From an uncultured Rickettsiales bacterium (GTDB taxonomy: Bacteria > Pseudomonadota > Alphaproteobacteria > Rickettsiales > CANDYO01), in the NCBI GenBank assembly GCA_964356785.1, contig CAYHIS010000004.1:46366-110365 (forward strand): a DNA stretch of 64,000 nucleotides, in the 5' to 3' direction. The position numbers and the translations under genes are program-made. Below are positions 20,440-30,830 of the stretch, piece by piece. The notes beneath the pieces were generated by a model that was not told the DNA's origin, ran no database searches, and saw only the letters and a list, made by a program, of their open reading frames with translations. The stretch's first letter is position 1, and each line of letters begins with the position of its first letter.

Positions 20440-21403
20440 AAGATTTAAGCAAGCTTATCTAATCTCGCTTTTTTTATTTATATTGGGAGTGAGCTTAGCG
20501 TATATAAATTTAAATCATTATATCAATTTTTACGGAAGTAATACAAAATCAGTTACGGTGATTATAAAACGTGGCTATTCGGTAAAAAAAATAGGTAAAG
20601 AGTTAGCGCTTAATGATATAATTAATCACCCAAAATTATTTTATTTAGTACATAAAGTTTTTTTTAAAGCAATTCCTTTGCAAGCTGGGGAATATGAAAT
20701 TCCGCCTCATTCAACCGTTAGAAATATTATAAATATAATGAATAAAGGAATGGTAATTATACATAAACTTACTATTCCTGAAGGAACTACTCTTTTTGAT
20801 ACTTTAGAAAAAGTTCGTAATTCTGATAAGCTGGAAGGAGATATTATCAATAGATTCAAAGAAGGAGACCTCTTGGCAGATACTTATCATTATACTTATG
20901 GTGAAACTCGTATGGATTTACTAAATAAGATATATCATAAAAGCCAAAATATAATTAATGATCTATGGGAAAATAGGCAAGAAATCCTACCATTCAAAAC
21001 CAAGGAAGAAGCTATAACTCTAGCCTCAATAGTAGATAAGGAAACAGGCATTGCTAGTGAAAGACCAAGAATTGCTACAGTATTTATCAATAGATTAAAT
21101 AAGAAGATGAGATTGCAAGCAGATCCAACGGTAATTTACGCAATAACAAAAGGCGAATATATTTTGGATAGACCTATTTCCAATAAAGACCTAAAAATGA
21201 ATTCTCCTTATAACACCTATCTTTATAGTGGATTGCCACCTACCCCTATTTGCTCTCCAGGAAAAGAAGCTTTAGCATCTGCACTAAACCCATTGCAAAC
21301 AAAGGAATTATTTTTTGTTGCAAATGGAAGCGGAGGGCATAATTTTTCACATACCCTCAAAGACCATAATAATCATGTAAGGAGTTATAGAAGTGCAAAA
21401 TGA
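20432..21403 (+). CDS. mltG: Endolytic transglycosylase MltG
   Basis: N-terminal TM, TIPEG, LASIVDKET, LQADPT, SPYNTY, GLPPTPI. Confidence 0.95.
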   Translation: MNKRFKQAYLISLFLFILGVSLAYINLNHYINFYGSNTKSVTVIIKRGYSVKKIGKELALNDIINHPKLFYLVHKVFFKAIPLQAGEYEIPPHSTVRNIINIMNKGMVIIHKLTIPEGTTLFDTLEKVRNSDKLEGDIINRFKEGDLLADTYHYTYGETRMDLLNKIYHKSQNIINDLWENRQEILPFKTKEEAITLASIVDKETGIASERPRIATVFINRLNKKMRLQADPTVIYAITKGEYILDRPISNKDLKMNSPYNTYLYSGLPPTPICSPGKEALASALNPLQTKELFFVANGSGGHNFSHTLKDHNNHVRSYRSAK

Positions 21404-21977
21404 TATTATTATTTTAATTTTATCTTATCTGATAGGATCAATACCTTTTGGCCTTGTTATAAGCTATATAGCTGGCCATGGAGATATTCGTAAAATCGGT
21501 TCAGGCAATATAGGCACCACAAATGTTCTCAGAACAGGAAATAAATTCTTGGCTTTTTTAACATTGCTTGCAGATAGTAGCAAAGTAATTTTAGCAATTT
21601 TATTTGCAAAATTTTTAGGTTATAGCTTAGAATATTATGTAGCAACAGCTGCTTTTCTAGGGCATCTTTTTCCTATATGGCTTAAGTTTAGGGGCGGAAA
21701 AGGAGTAGCAAGTTTTTTAGGCTTAAGTTTATATCTATTCCCTAAAATAGCCGCCCTTCTTGCAAGCGTATGGATAATTACTTTTGTAACAACTCGTTAC
21801 TCTTCTTTAGCCGCCATTTTTGCTGCTATTGCTGGAATGATAGTATTACCATTTGCTTTACCAATAGATAAAAATTTATACTTGGTTTTAACTCTAATAT
21901 TGCTTATACTAATCAAACATAAGGATAACATTAGACGCTTACTCAATGGAGAAGAATCTAAATTTAAAAAGGATTAG
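21393..21977 (+). CDS. plsY: Glycerol-3-phosphate acyltransferase PlsY
   Basis: GSIPFG, GSGNIGTTN, GHLFP, GGKGVA, KHKDNIRRL. Confidence 0.97.
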   Translation: MQNDIIILILSYLIGSIPFGLVISYIAGHGDIRKIGSGNIGTTNVLRTGNKFLAFLTLLADSSKVILAILFAKFLGYSLEYYVATAAFLGHLFPIWLKFRGGKGVASFLGLSLYLFPKIAALLASVWIITFVTTRYSSLAAIFAAIAGMIVLPFALPIDKNLYLVLTLILLILIKHKDNIRRLLNGEESKFKKD

Positions 21978-21986
21978 TATTTATAT

Positions 21987-22136
21987 ATGAAGAATAGATT
22001 TTTTAGTTTTAAATTAGTTGTAGGAATTTTTATAATATTATCAACTATTGGATTAGTTTTTTTATCACAAAAAAAGGCACCTAAAGTGCAAGAAGTTTAT
22101 AAGGAATTAAAACTAACCCAGAATGATAAATTATAA
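21987..22136 (+). CDS. Small single-TM protein upstream of xerD (49 aa, not in ORF track)
   Basis: MKNRFFSFKLVVGIFIILSTIGLVFLSQKKAPKVQEVYKELKLTQNDKL; fills the plsY-xerD gap. Confidence 0.6.
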   Translation: MKNRFFSFKLVVGIFIILSTIGLVFLSQKKAPKVQEVYKELKLTQNDKL

Positions 22137-22236
22137 CTTTAATACTTCAAAAGTTGGAAGGAGCTAGGAGCGAAGTGTATAAATTAATACATGAGCGACG
22201 AAGTGACGCTCCAAATCTTGAAGTATCAAAGTTATA
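22132..22236. mobile_element. 105-bp RPE-like element inserted at 5' end of xerD
   Basis: Copy of 13853-13957; TA duplicated at both ends; removal restores ATG ATA AAT TAC ATA GAT (MINYID). Confidence 0.85.
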
Positions 22237-23287
22237 CATAGATAATTTTCTAGAAATGCTAGAAGCTGAAAGAGCAGCTTCTTTAAATACCGTATCTGCT
22301 TATAAACTAGATCTTGAAAGTTTTGCAAATTTTTTTCCTAAAAAAGAACTAACCTCTGTTAAGTTAGATGATATTAGAGGTTTTATTAGATATCTTAGTA
22401 AGCAAGGCTATAATCCAAGATCAATTAATCGGAAAATTTCTGCTCTAAAGCAATTTTACCAGTTTTTAGTTTCAGAATCCGTTATATCAGATAATCCAAC
22501 AATTGAAATAGATTTACAAAAACAGACTCAGAGCCTTCCTAAAAAACTTGAAGTTCAAGAAATTGACACACTCTTTCATTCATTAGCACAAGAAGATACC
22601 CCTGAGTCTATAAGACTTGCATGCATGCTGGCAATTTTATATTCAGCTGGGCTTAGGGTATCTGAACTTGTAAGTCTTAAGCTTTCTAATTTTGAGATTA
22701 GACTTCTTTCGAAACTCGCTTCTGGTAGGGAATTTGAAGGAGGACCGGAGCACAGAACCGGAATGTACATAGAAGTACATGAGGATTTAGGGCTAGAACC
22801 AACGTACAAATTACCAGCAGAAGTAGAGTTTCGAAAGAAGTCTATTACTAAGCTAAACATCAAACCTATTTTCTATGTTATAGGTAAAGGCAATAAAGAA
22901 AGGCTTTGCATCTTAAATGAACGAGCTATAAATTTACTTAAGAAATATCTAGAAATTAGGGAGTTTTTTATTCCCAAGAACAAGAGCTGCACTTGGCTTT
23001 TTCCATCTTCTAGTCATCAAGGCTATATTACAAGAAATAGATTCGGGCAATTGCTTAAAGAATTGGCCGTTAAAGCAAATATTGATCCCAGCAGCATTTC
23101 TCCGCATGTGCTAAGACATTCTTTTGCAAGTCATTTACTAGCAAATGGCGCTGACCTTAGATCTATTCAAGAGCTTTTAGGCCATAGCTCTATAAACACA
23201 ACTCAAATCTACACTCATTTAACTAATAGCAAATTAAAGCAAGTTATTGATCAATGTCACCCATTAAGCTATATCAATCCTAAATAA
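22154..23287 (+). CDS. xerD: Tyrosine recombinase XerD with element insertions (start uncertain)
   Basis: YSAGLRVSEL, GKGNKER, SPHVLRHSFASHLL, GADLRSIQELLGH, TTQIYTH. Confidence 0.9.
   Translation: MEGARSEVYKLIHERRSDAPNLEVSKLYIDNFLEMLEAERAASLNTVSAYKLDLESFANFFPKKELTSVKLDDIRGFIRYLSKQGYNPRSINRKISALKQFYQFLVSESVISDNPTIEIDLQKQTQSLPKKLEVQEIDTLFHSLAQEDTPESIRLACMLAILYSAGLRVSELVSLKLSNFEIRLLSKLASGREFEGGPEHRTGMYIEVHEDLGLEPTYKLPAEVEFRKKSITKLNIKPIFYVIGKGNKERLCILNERAINLLKKYLEIREFFIPKNKSCTWLFPSSSHQGYITRNRFGQLLKELAVKANIDPSSISPHVLRHSFASHLLANGADLRSIQELLGHSSINTTQIYTHLTNSKLKQVIDQCHPLSYINPK
22699..22844 (+). mobile_element. RPE1 inserted in frame in xerD
   Basis: TAGACTTCTTTCG...CGAAAGAAGTCTA, net 144 bp, near-identical to 16956-17101. 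Confidence 0.93.
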
Positions 23288-23297
23288 TTATTAGTTC

Positions 23298-23374
23298 TGG
23301 TCGGAACGACTGGATTTGAACCAGCGACCCCTAGACCCCCAGTCTAGTGCGCTACCAAGCTGCGCTACGCTCCG
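23298..23374 (-). tRNA. tRNA-Pro(GGG)
   Basis: CGGAGCGTAGCGCAGCTTGGTAGCGC...CTAGA-CTGGGGG-TCTAG...GTTCAAATC...CCA. Confidence 0.97.
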
Positions 23375-23379
23375 GTTTT

Positions 23380-23543
23380 ATACCAAGTATATCCTATAAT
23401 TTAAGCATTTAGAATTTGAGATTTGAGCATTATACGGAAATATAAAAAGCTGAGAATATCGGTTATATTTAATGCTTTTTTATTTTTGTAGAATGCCAAA
23501 AATCGAATTAATAAATACTTAAATTATAGGATATACTTGGTAT
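23380..23543. mobile_element. MITE-like element, 32-bp TIR (ATACCAA family, copy A)
   Basis: ATACCAAGTATATCCTATAATTTAAGCATTTA and its inverse with 1 mismatch; core matches the reverse complement of 44001-44100. Confidence 0.9.
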
Positions 23544-23546
23544 TAT

Positions 23547-23984
23547 CTACTTACCACCAAACCAGGCAAACCAACCAGTAGATTGATGAACTTCTCCAAC
23601 TAGAAGTAAGTTCTGCCCATCATTCACTAGTTCATACTCTTCCATAATAACATGATTTTGATTGTTATTAGTATTATTTCTATCCTCATTAGGAGTATTT
23701 GTTGGAACCACAAAATTTAAAACAGGTGCATTATTAGCATTATTATTTAGAATTTCCTGATATTCATCTTCATCATCAAGACACCAGTCCCAACGGGCAA
23801 AAGTATCATTAACATTATTGTTGATTGCACTACCACTTGAGCTAGATTTTTTCTTAGAAACGACAGCTTGACCATTTTCATCAAACTCAACCCAATGATC
23901 ATGATTATGTTTATTTAAAAAATCCTTTGCTTTTTCTTTTGCTATTCTTTTTGCTGCTTCTTTTCTATAGTGATGTTGTGGCAT
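23547..23984 (-). CDS. Hypothetical low-complexity protein
   Basis: GGAG SD before ATG; Asn/Ser/acidic tracts, aromatic C-terminus GWFAWFGGK. Confidence 0.65.
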   Translation of the reverse strand: MPQHHYRKEAAKRIAKEKAKDFLNKHNHDHWVEFDENGQAVVSKKKSSSSGSAINNNVNDTFARWDWCLDDEDEYQEILNNNANNAPVLNFVVPTNTPNEDRNNTNNNQNHVIMEEYELVNDGQNLLLVGEVHQSTGWFAWFGGK

Positions 23985-23996
23985 AAATTACTCCAT

Positions 23997-24818
23997 TTAA
24001 ATTTCTGTATATTTAACCCAATAATTTGGGTGAGTTTTCTTGATTATTGATTCAGCTTCGACTGCCAGATTTTTATTTTTAAAAATACCAAAGCAAGTTG
24101 GACCAGACCCAGACATTCTAGCTATTAAACAATCTTTCTGCAATAATAGCAATTCTAAAATATCCTTAATTTCAGGCAATATGTCGATCGCTGATTCAGT
24201 CAGAACATTATCCTTATCTAATAAAAAGTCAATAAAAGTTTCAGTGTTTTTAAAGCCAATAGGCTTTTTTTCAATATATGGTATATCTATCTTTTTATTT
24301 AAATTAAAAACATCTTGAGTCAAAAGTATTTTCTTTGGATTTACTAAAACTAAATGTAGATTAGGCTTTTGATTTAGAGGAGAAATTATTTCGCCAATTC
24401 CTTCGCAATAAGAGGCCTTACTTAAATAACAAATTGGAACATCAGCGCCTATTCTTGCCAATTCTTCATTTGATATATTTTGATTTAAGTATCTTGCAAC
24501 TGTGGCAGCATCAGAAGATCCACCACCAAGACCAGCTCCAATGGGAATATTTTTTGTTAAATTACATTGATATTTTTTTGCGTTAGAAAACTTATTTAAA
24601 ACTTTATCAATAAGATTATTTTTTTCCTCAAGGAGAAAATGACCAAATTCACCAGCCACAATCTTTGTAAAATTTTCATTAGAAGGTATAATTTCTATTT
24701 CATCATAAATATCTTTAGCAAATACCATTAAGCTATCAATTAAATGATAGGAATCTTCTCTTTTACCAGTTATATGAAAGAAGAGGTTTATTTTAGCATG
24801 CGCTTTTAAAATACTCAT
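23997..24818 (-). CDS. ispE: CDP-ME kinase IspE
   Basis: AKINL, KNIPIGAGLGGGSSDAA, IGADVP, RMSGSGPTCFG. Confidence 0.96.
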   Translation of the reverse strand: MSILKAHAKINLFFHITGKREDSYHLIDSLMVFAKDIYDEIEIIPSNENFTKIVAGEFGHFLLEEKNNLIDKVLNKFSNAKKYQCNLTKNIPIGAGLGGGSSDAATVARYLNQNISNEELARIGADVPICYLSKASYCEGIGEIISPLNQKPNLHLVLVNPKKILLTQDVFNLNKKIDIPYIEKKPIGFKNTETFIDFLLDKDNVLTESAIDILPEIKDILELLLLQKDCLIARMSGSGPTCFGIFKNKNLAVEAESIIKKTHPNYWVKYTEI

Positions 24819-25401
24819 AACCTAAACCTTTAAGAAGATTTACTGTTTCGTAAAGAGGTAATCCCATAATACCGGAGTAAGAGCCTTCTATATTTTTAAT
24901 TAAAATTTGCCCTAAATTTTCTATATTTAAACCACCAGCGGAACCAATTCCCTGACCATTATCGATATATAGCTTGATTTCTTGATCAGTTATACGTTTA
25001 AATTTCACTTTGCTAACTGAAAGTTTACTAGACTGATCTACAATAATTCCATCTTTGAGCTTAATCACAGATATAGAAGTTTTAATGTAAATTCTTCGCC
25101 CAGAAAAGAATTTTAAATTTTTCTCAACATCTTCCGTAGTAACAGCTTTATCAAAAAGACGAGCATTAGTTCCAACTATGGTATCGGCCGCTAAAATAAA
25201 AGCGTTATCTTTGATATTGTTAGAAACTTCTACGGCTTTTTCCTTTGCTAAGCGCGTAACATAATCATTTGGCTTTTCTTTTTTTAGCCTGTCTTCATTT
25301 ATATTAGGTGAAATTATTTGATCTGGCACCAAGCCAATAGTCTTTAATAGCATCAATCTTTGTGGAGATGATGAAGCCAAAATAAATTGATAACCTATCA
25401 T
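24793..25401 (-). CDS. maf: Maf-family nucleotide pyrophosphatase
   Basis: ILASSSPQR, LAADTIV, GSYSGIMGLP. Confidence 0.93.
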   Translation of the reverse strand: MIGYQFILASSSPQRLMLLKTIGLVPDQIISPNINEDRLKKEKPNDYVTRLAKEKAVEVSNNIKDNAFILAADTIVGTNARLFDKAVTTEDVEKNLKFFSGRRIYIKTSISVIKLKDGIIVDQSSKLSVSKVKFKRITDQEIKLYIDNGQGIGSAGGLNIENLGQILIKNIEGSYSGIMGLPLYETVNLLKGLGYEYFKSAC

Positions 25402-25620
25402 CTATTTAAGACGCAATTTAATTCTAGCTTTAGTAAGGTCATATGGCGTCATTTCAACAGTTACCTTATCACCTGCTAAAATTCTAATTCTGTTTTTACG
25501 CATTTTTCCAGATGTGTGAGCTATAACTTCATGGTCATTCTCAAGCTTCACTCTAAACATTGCATTTGGTAATAATTCTACGACAATACCATTGAATTCT
25601 ATTAATTCCTCTTTTGCCAT
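25402..25620 (-). CDS. infA: Translation initiation factor IF-1
   Basis: [33 protein letters not shown]. Confidence 0.99.
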   Translation of the reverse strand: MAKEELIEFNGIVVELLPNAMFRVKLENDHEVIAHTSGKMRKNRIRILAGDKVTVEMTPYDLTKARIKLRLK

Positions 25621-25675
25621 TTAAGTTCCTTTAGTTAATTTTTAAAAAACTATTTTACATATTATTTTGATAATA

Positions 25676-26911
25676 TCAAAGTCTATCTAAGTAAAAAGAT
25701 AATTTCCCTATCACTTTTTCTTTTACCTGACTCATTTCATCCACAGTTCTAATAGCGTTATTTTTATAATTTGCAAACGCTTTCGGGGCCTCTAAAAATT
25801 CTCTAACAATTTTTTCTATCTCCGCTTCATCCAAAGCAAAAAGCGCAGCTTTCTTTTCCAAGAATTCATCGGCTACTTCTCTAGAATTATAAGTATTTGG
25901 ACCAAATATAATTAAATTTCCAAGTTTGGCAGGCTCAATAAAACTATGAGCTATTCTTTTCCATGAACCACCCATGCAAACAATATCAGTCAATCTAAAA
26001 AATAAACCAAACTCACCAATCGTATCTAATAAAAATATTTCTGTATCATTTTTTATAGGATTCTTACTTGATCTAGTAACAAAATTTACTCCTTCCATAA
26101 GCTTTATAACTGCCTCAGATCTTGTAGGATGCCTTGGGGCAATAATAATTAAAAGCTTTGGATAATTTTCTTTTAAATTTTTACTTAAAGCTATAAACAT
26201 TTCTTCTTCACCAGAATGGGTGCTGGCGGCCATTATAACCACTCGATTCTTGATTTGGCTCTTTATATTCTTAAGTTCAACTTCATCATAATTAAAATTA
26301 TTAGCTAGATATTTAAGATTACCAAAATAATGAATATTTCTTGCTCCAAGCTTTTCTAAGTAATTTTTCGTTTCAATACTTTGGGCGGTAATTAAATCAA
26401 ATTTAGATAGAATAAAGCTTGTAAAATTTGTGAAATTACACCAGTGTTTATATGATTTTTCTGATATTCTTGCATTTATAAGTAACAATGGAACATTGCA
26501 TGTGGAGATTATATTGGGCCATATCTCAGATTCCGTCCAAATTACCAAGTTAGGCCTCCAATAACTATAAAATCTTTTTACAATATTGATGCAATCTAAT
26601 GGCATAAATTGATGAAAAGCATTGCTTGGCAAATTATTCTTAGCGATATTTGCTGCAGTTAAAGTAACTGTTGTTACTAAAATATTATGATTTGTAATAG
26701 ATTTTATAATTGGTAAAATCGCATTAAATTCACCAATACTTGCAGCATGAAACCAAATTAACTTGCCTGAAGGCCTTTTAACATTGTAAAACCCTAGCTT
26801 TTCTTTATATCGTAAATAATCTTCTTTGCCTTTAATTACGCGCGTCAATAATATAACATGTATTAAAGGATAAATTAAAAAAGAAAGTAATTGATATATT
26901 TTATAAATCAT
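25676..26911 (-). CDS. waaA: Kdo transferase
   Basis: WFHAASIGE, ESEIWPN, ASTHSGEE, APRHP, DTIGE. Confidence 0.95.
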   Translation of the reverse strand: MIYKIYQLLSFLIYPLIHVILLTRVIKGKEDYLRYKEKLGFYNVKRPSGKLIWFHAASIGEFNAILPIIKSITNHNILVTTVTLTAANIAKNNLPSNAFHQFMPLDCINIVKRFYSYWRPNLVIWTESEIWPNIISTCNVPLLLINARISEKSYKHWCNFTNFTSFILSKFDLITAQSIETKNYLEKLGARNIHYFGNLKYLANNFNYDEVELKNIKSQIKNRVVIMAASTHSGEEEMFIALSKNLKENYPKLLIIIAPRHPTRSEAVIKLMEGVNFVTRSSKNPIKNDTEIFLLDTIGEFGLFFRLTDIVCMGGSWKRIAHSFIEPAKLGNLIIFGPNTYNSREVADEFLEKKAALFALDEAEIEKIVREFLEAPKAFANYKNNAIRTVDEMSQVKEKVIGKLSFYLDRL

Positions 26912-27847
26912 CTAGAAGCTATCTAAATATTTTGCAGCCTCTAAAGCAGCTATGCAACCAGTGCCCGCAGCCGTGACCGCTTGACGATAGATTTTATCCT
27001 GCACATCTCCACAAGCAAAAACTCCAGGAATATTAGTTTGTGTACTGCCAGGCTTAGTAATAATATATCCTTCTTTATCGCACTCTACTTGACCTATAAA
27101 AAGAGAAGTGGTTGGGCTGTGACCAATGGCTATAAATACTCCGTCTACGGCAATCTCAGTAATTTCATTAGTTAAAATATTCTTAAATACAGCACCAGTT
27201 ACAAATTTTGGATTTTCATTACCTAAAACCTCTTCCAGAACATTATTCCACATAACTTTAACTTTAGGATGTTTAAATAATCTATCTTGCAAAATCTTTT
27301 CTGCGCGAAGCTGATCACGTCTATGAACTAAAATGACTTCACTTGCATGATGCGTAAGATGCAGGGCCTCCTCAACAGCAGTATTTCCACCGCCTATAAC
27401 TATCACTTTCTTATTTTTAAAGAAGAATCCATCACATGTGGCGCAGCCTGAAACCCCAAAGCCTTGAAATTTTGTTTCGCTTGGAATTCCCATCCACTTG
27501 GCTTGCGCGCCAGTTGCTATAACAACGGAATCAGCGGTATAAGTATTTGTATCCGTAGATATAGCAAATGGGCGTTTAGAAAAATCAACTTTAGTAACAT
27601 AATCTTCTATTATTTCTGTACCGACATTTGCAGCCTGCTTTTGCATCTGCTCCATTAGCCAAGGGCCTTGTATAGTTTCTGCAAAACCTGGATAATTTTC
27701 AACATCAGTAGTAATTGATAACTGCCCCCCGGGTTGCATACCGCTAATTAATATAGGCTTTAAAGAAGCCCTAGCAGCATAAATAGCTGCAGTATAGCCG
27801 GCCGGCCCAGAGCCAATTACAAGCATATTACAATGTTTATTAGGCAT
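26912..27847 (-). CDS. trxB: Thioredoxin reductase
   Basis: GSGPAGYTAA, CATCDG, GGGNTA, YRQAVTAAG. Confidence 0.98.
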   Translation of the reverse strand: MPNKHCNMLVIGSGPAGYTAAIYAARASLKPILISGMQPGGQLSITTDVENYPGFAETIQGPWLMEQMQKQAANVGTEIIEDYVTKVDFSKRPFAISTDTNTYTADSVVIATGAQAKWMGIPSETKFQGFGVSGCATCDGFFFKNKKVIVIGGGNTAVEEALHLTHHASEVILVHRRDQLRAEKILQDRLFKHPKVKVMWNNVLEEVLGNENPKFVTGAVFKNILTNEITEIAVDGVFIAIGHSPTTSLFIGQVECDKEGYIITKPGSTQTNIPGVFACGDVQDKIYRQAVTAAGTGCIAALEAAKYLDSF

Positions 27848-27849
27848 AA

Positions 27850-28458
27850 TTACAATTTATCTGCGTTAGAAGTAAGGTAATCAGCTACGCCTTCTGGATT
27901 TGCTTTCATAGCCTCTTCACCTTTATTCCATCCAGCAGGACAAACTTCACCATATTTTTCATGATGTTCTAATGCATCAACCATACGAATCATTTCATCT
28001 ATATTTCTGCCTAAAGGAAAATCATTAACAACTTGATGTCTTACAATGCCGTGTTTATCAATTAAGAAAGATGCCCTTAAAGCTATATTATCATTAAATA
28101 AAACACCATAATCTTTAGCGATGGATTTATTCAAATCTGAAACTAAAGGCAATTGCACATTTCCTATCCCTCCTCCAGAAACTGGAGTATTTTTCCAAGC
28201 TAAATGAGAAAAATGAGAATCCACACTAACTGCAACAACTTTTACTTTTCTTGATGAAAAATCACCTAAACGATGGTTAAATGCAATGATTTCTGTTGGA
28301 CAAACAAAAGTAAAATCCAATGGGTAAAAGAATAATACCCCAACATCACCGTTTAAATATTTAGCGAAATCAAAATCACTTTTAATTTCATTATTAGGCA
28401 TCACTGTATTAGCAATAAAATTTGGAGCTTGTTTTCCTACTAAGATTGTACTAGACAT
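27850..28458 (-). CDS. 2-Cys peroxiredoxin (AhpC/TsaA family)
   Basis: FYPLDFTFVCPTE, GRNIDE, GEVCPAGW. Confidence 0.97.
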   Translation of the reverse strand: MSSTILVGKQAPNFIANTVMPNNEIKSDFDFAKYLNGDVGVLFFYPLDFTFVCPTEIIAFNHRLGDFSSRKVKVVAVSVDSHFSHLAWKNTPVSGGGIGNVQLPLVSDLNKSIAKDYGVLFNDNIALRASFLIDKHGIVRHQVVNDFPLGRNIDEMIRMVDALEHHEKYGEVCPAGWNKGEEAMKANPEGVADYLTSNADKL

Positions 28459-28538
28459 GTTTTTTCCTCTTCTGTTAGTTTATGATAGCATTCTTGCAAA
28501 TTATATAGCAGAATCAGATCCTCTTCAAGAACTTCTCG

Positions 28539-29873
28539 CTAATTATTCATTGAGTCAAAAAAGCTGCTATTTGTTTTGCTTTGTTTTAATTTTTCAAGCA
28601 AGAACTCAATTGCATCTAATGAACCCATTGGGTTAAGGATACGACGTAATACCCACATCTTAGATAATGTGTTTTTATCAAATAACAATTCTTCCTTACG
28701 AGTGCCAGATTTAGTAATATCAATAGCTGGGAAAATTCTTTTGTCTGAAATTTTACGATCAAGGATAATTTCTGAGTTACCAGTTCCCTTAAATTCTTCA
28801 AAAATAACCTCATCCATTCTAGAGCCAGTATCTACTAAAGCTGTAGCAATAATAGTTAATGAACCGCCATGTTCAATATTACGTGCTGCACCAAAGAATC
28901 TTTTTGGTCTTTGCAATGCATTTGAATCAACACCACCTGTTAAAACTTTACCTGATGATGGGACAACAGTATTGTAAGCTCTTGCAAGTCTGGTTATGGA
29001 ATCAAGCAAGATTACCACATCACGCTTATGTTCAACTAATCTTTTGGCTTTTTCAATTACCATTTCTGCAAGCTGTACGTGACGAATAGCTGGCTCATCA
29101 AATGTTGAACTAACAACCTCACCTTTTACAGATCTCGCCATATCAGTAACTTCCTCAGGTCTTTCATCAATAAGAAGAACAATTAAAGTAACTTCAGGGT
29201 GATTACTAGTGATAGAATGTGCAATATTTTGCATCAACACTGTTTTACCAGTTCTTGGAGGTGCCACTATTAAAGCTCTTTGCCCTTTTCCAAGCGGAGA
29301 AGTAAGGTCAATAACTCTGGTGCTAAAATCCTTGCTTTCGGAGTTCTCAACTTCTAACTTTAATCTTTCATTTGGATATAATGGAGTTAAGTTATCAAAT
29401 TTAACTCTATGACTTGCTTTTTCAGGTGTATCAAGATTTATTGAAATAACTTTAAGTAATGCAAAATATCTCTCGCCTGGTTTAGGCGCTCTAATCTGAC
29501 CATTTACTGTGTCTCCAGTATTAAGTCCAAATCTTCTAATTTGACTTGGAGAAACATAAATATCATCAGGGCCTGCAGCATAATTTGCATCGGAGGATCT
29601 TAAGAAGCCAAAGCCATCTTGCAATACTTCTATTACACCTTGTCCAACAATTGCTACATTCTGTTCAACAAGCTTCTTTAAAATTAAAAAGATAATATCT
29701 TGTTTAAGCATCATCCCTGGATTTTCAATGCCGCATTCTTCAGCAAAAATGCGTAATTCTTCAGGATTTTTCTTTTTTAAAGCCTCTAAATATACAATTC
29801 TTTGATTAGTTTCTTTAGATTCTTCTTTTATTTCTTCGTTTTCTGTCATGTTTATTTTTTTAATTTGGGCCAT
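28539..29873 (-). CDS. rho: Transcription termination factor Rho
   Basis: [42 protein letters not shown]. Confidence 0.99.
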   Translation of the reverse strand: MAQIKKINMTENEEIKEESKETNQRIVYLEALKKKNPEELRIFAEECGIENPGMMLKQDIIFLILKKLVEQNVAIVGQGVIEVLQDGFGFLRSSDANYAAGPDDIYVSPSQIRRFGLNTGDTVNGQIRAPKPGERYFALLKVISINLDTPEKASHRVKFDNLTPLYPNERLKLEVENSESKDFSTRVIDLTSPLGKGQRALIVAPPRTGKTVLMQNIAHSITSNHPEVTLIVLLIDERPEEVTDMARSVKGEVVSSTFDEPAIRHVQLAEMVIEKAKRLVEHKRDVVILLDSITRLARAYNTVVPSSGKVLTGGVDSNALQRPKRFFGAARNIEHGGSLTIIATALVDTGSRMDEVIFEEFKGTGNSEIILDRKISDKRIFPAIDITKSGTRKEELLFDKNTLSKMWVLRRILNPMGSLDAIEFLLEKLKQSKTNSSFFDSMNN

Positions 29874-30032
29874 TAAAATTACTAAGCTTCTCTTATGTAA
29901 CTTTATTGATACTTATGTTGATTATTTGAAAAAAGCTTTTAAAGCCTTTGTCTTTAAAGGGATTAACCAATTGGTTATTGATGAACTCTAGCATAAGTTC
30001 TTTAAATTGCAAGAAGTTTTTTACAACTCTAT

Positions 30033-30419
30033 TTACCTTGCCATTATAAATTTAACTCCAACATCTGCTTTTTGCCATATTTTATCACAAGTTATTATAG
30101 AGAGGTTTTTAAGTATAGCTAAAGCAATGCAGGCTCTATCTCCTAGAGAAAGTCCATATTGCTTTGTTTTGTTAATTAACTCCGCAGTGATGATAGCTTG
30201 CTCCTCATCAAAATTAATAATTTTTATATCTATTAATTTTACTAAAGAGCGAGCTTCATCTTTTGTTAAGTTTTGAGAATCGATACAGTATTTATAAACT
30301 TCGGCGATATTTACGCTTGATATTATGGCATCTTTCAAATGATTTTTTATAAGTTCATATCCTTTTTCTTTTGCAAATAATGCAATAAGAGCAGATGCAT
30401 CAAAAACTACCTTAGACAT
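30033..30419 (-). CDS. vapC: VapC PIN-domain toxin
   Basis: VFDASAL, SVNIAEV, GLSLGDRACIALA, TCD. Confidence 0.92.
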   Translation of the reverse strand: MSKVVFDASALIALFAKEKGYELIKNHLKDAIISSVNIAEVYKYCIDSQNLTKDEARSLVKLIDIKIINFDEEQAIITAELINKTKQYGLSLGDRACIALAILKNLSIITCDKIWQKADVGVKFIMAR

Positions 30420-30687
30420 TTTTATTATCTCTTGTTTTTTCGATTATATATTCCTGACGTTTTTTATTTATGAAGTCATCTGTTGTAGAAATATTTCTGT
30501 CATTTTGATTTTTAGTAAAAATAGAATGTATTTCATCTATCATTTGACTATTATTGATTATCTTTATTTCATTTTGAGAGATTTCTAAAGTAACTTTCTC
30601 ACCAGGATGTATTTTAAACATTTCTCTTATATGCGATGGAATGAGCATTCTACCATGCTGATCCAAGCTTGTAACTAATCTTTGCAT
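30412..30687 (-). CDS. AbrB/MazE-family antitoxin
   Basis: LDQHGRMLIPSHIREMFKIHPGEKV; ATG 30687 after GAGAG. Confidence 0.88.
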   Translation of the reverse strand: MQRLVTSLDQHGRMLIPSHIREMFKIHPGEKVTLEISQNEIKIINNSQMIDEIHSIFTKNQNDRNISTTDDFINKKRQEYIIEKTRDNKNV

Positions 30688-30711
30688 AAAACTCTCTATA
30701 AGCAAATTCAA

Positions 30712-30740
30712 AATATGACATTTTTATCATATGGCATATT
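30712..30740. promoter_or_regulatory. Inverted repeat, probable vapBC operator
   Basis: AATATGACA-N11-TGGCATATT (1 mismatch) just upstream of the antitoxin. Confidence 0.5.
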
Positions 30741-30766
30741 ACCGAATTAAGCAAGAGGTTTTTTTA

Positions 30767-30798
30767 TTAATAATTTATTAAACTTTGAGAGGGATAAT
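30767..30798 (+). promoter_or_regulatory. CtrA-type promoter of 30831 gene
   Basis: TTAA-TAATTTA-TTAA-N11-GATAAT; AAGGAG SD downstream. Confidence 0.5.
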
Positions 30799-30830
30799 TC
30801 ATAATACATTTTTAAAAAAGGAGAAAGAAA

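Noticed and set aside
22154-23374. Integrase next to tRNA-Pro marking an island
   Set aside because: The protein has XerD signatures in a core plsY operon, and no duplicated tRNA 3' end was seen
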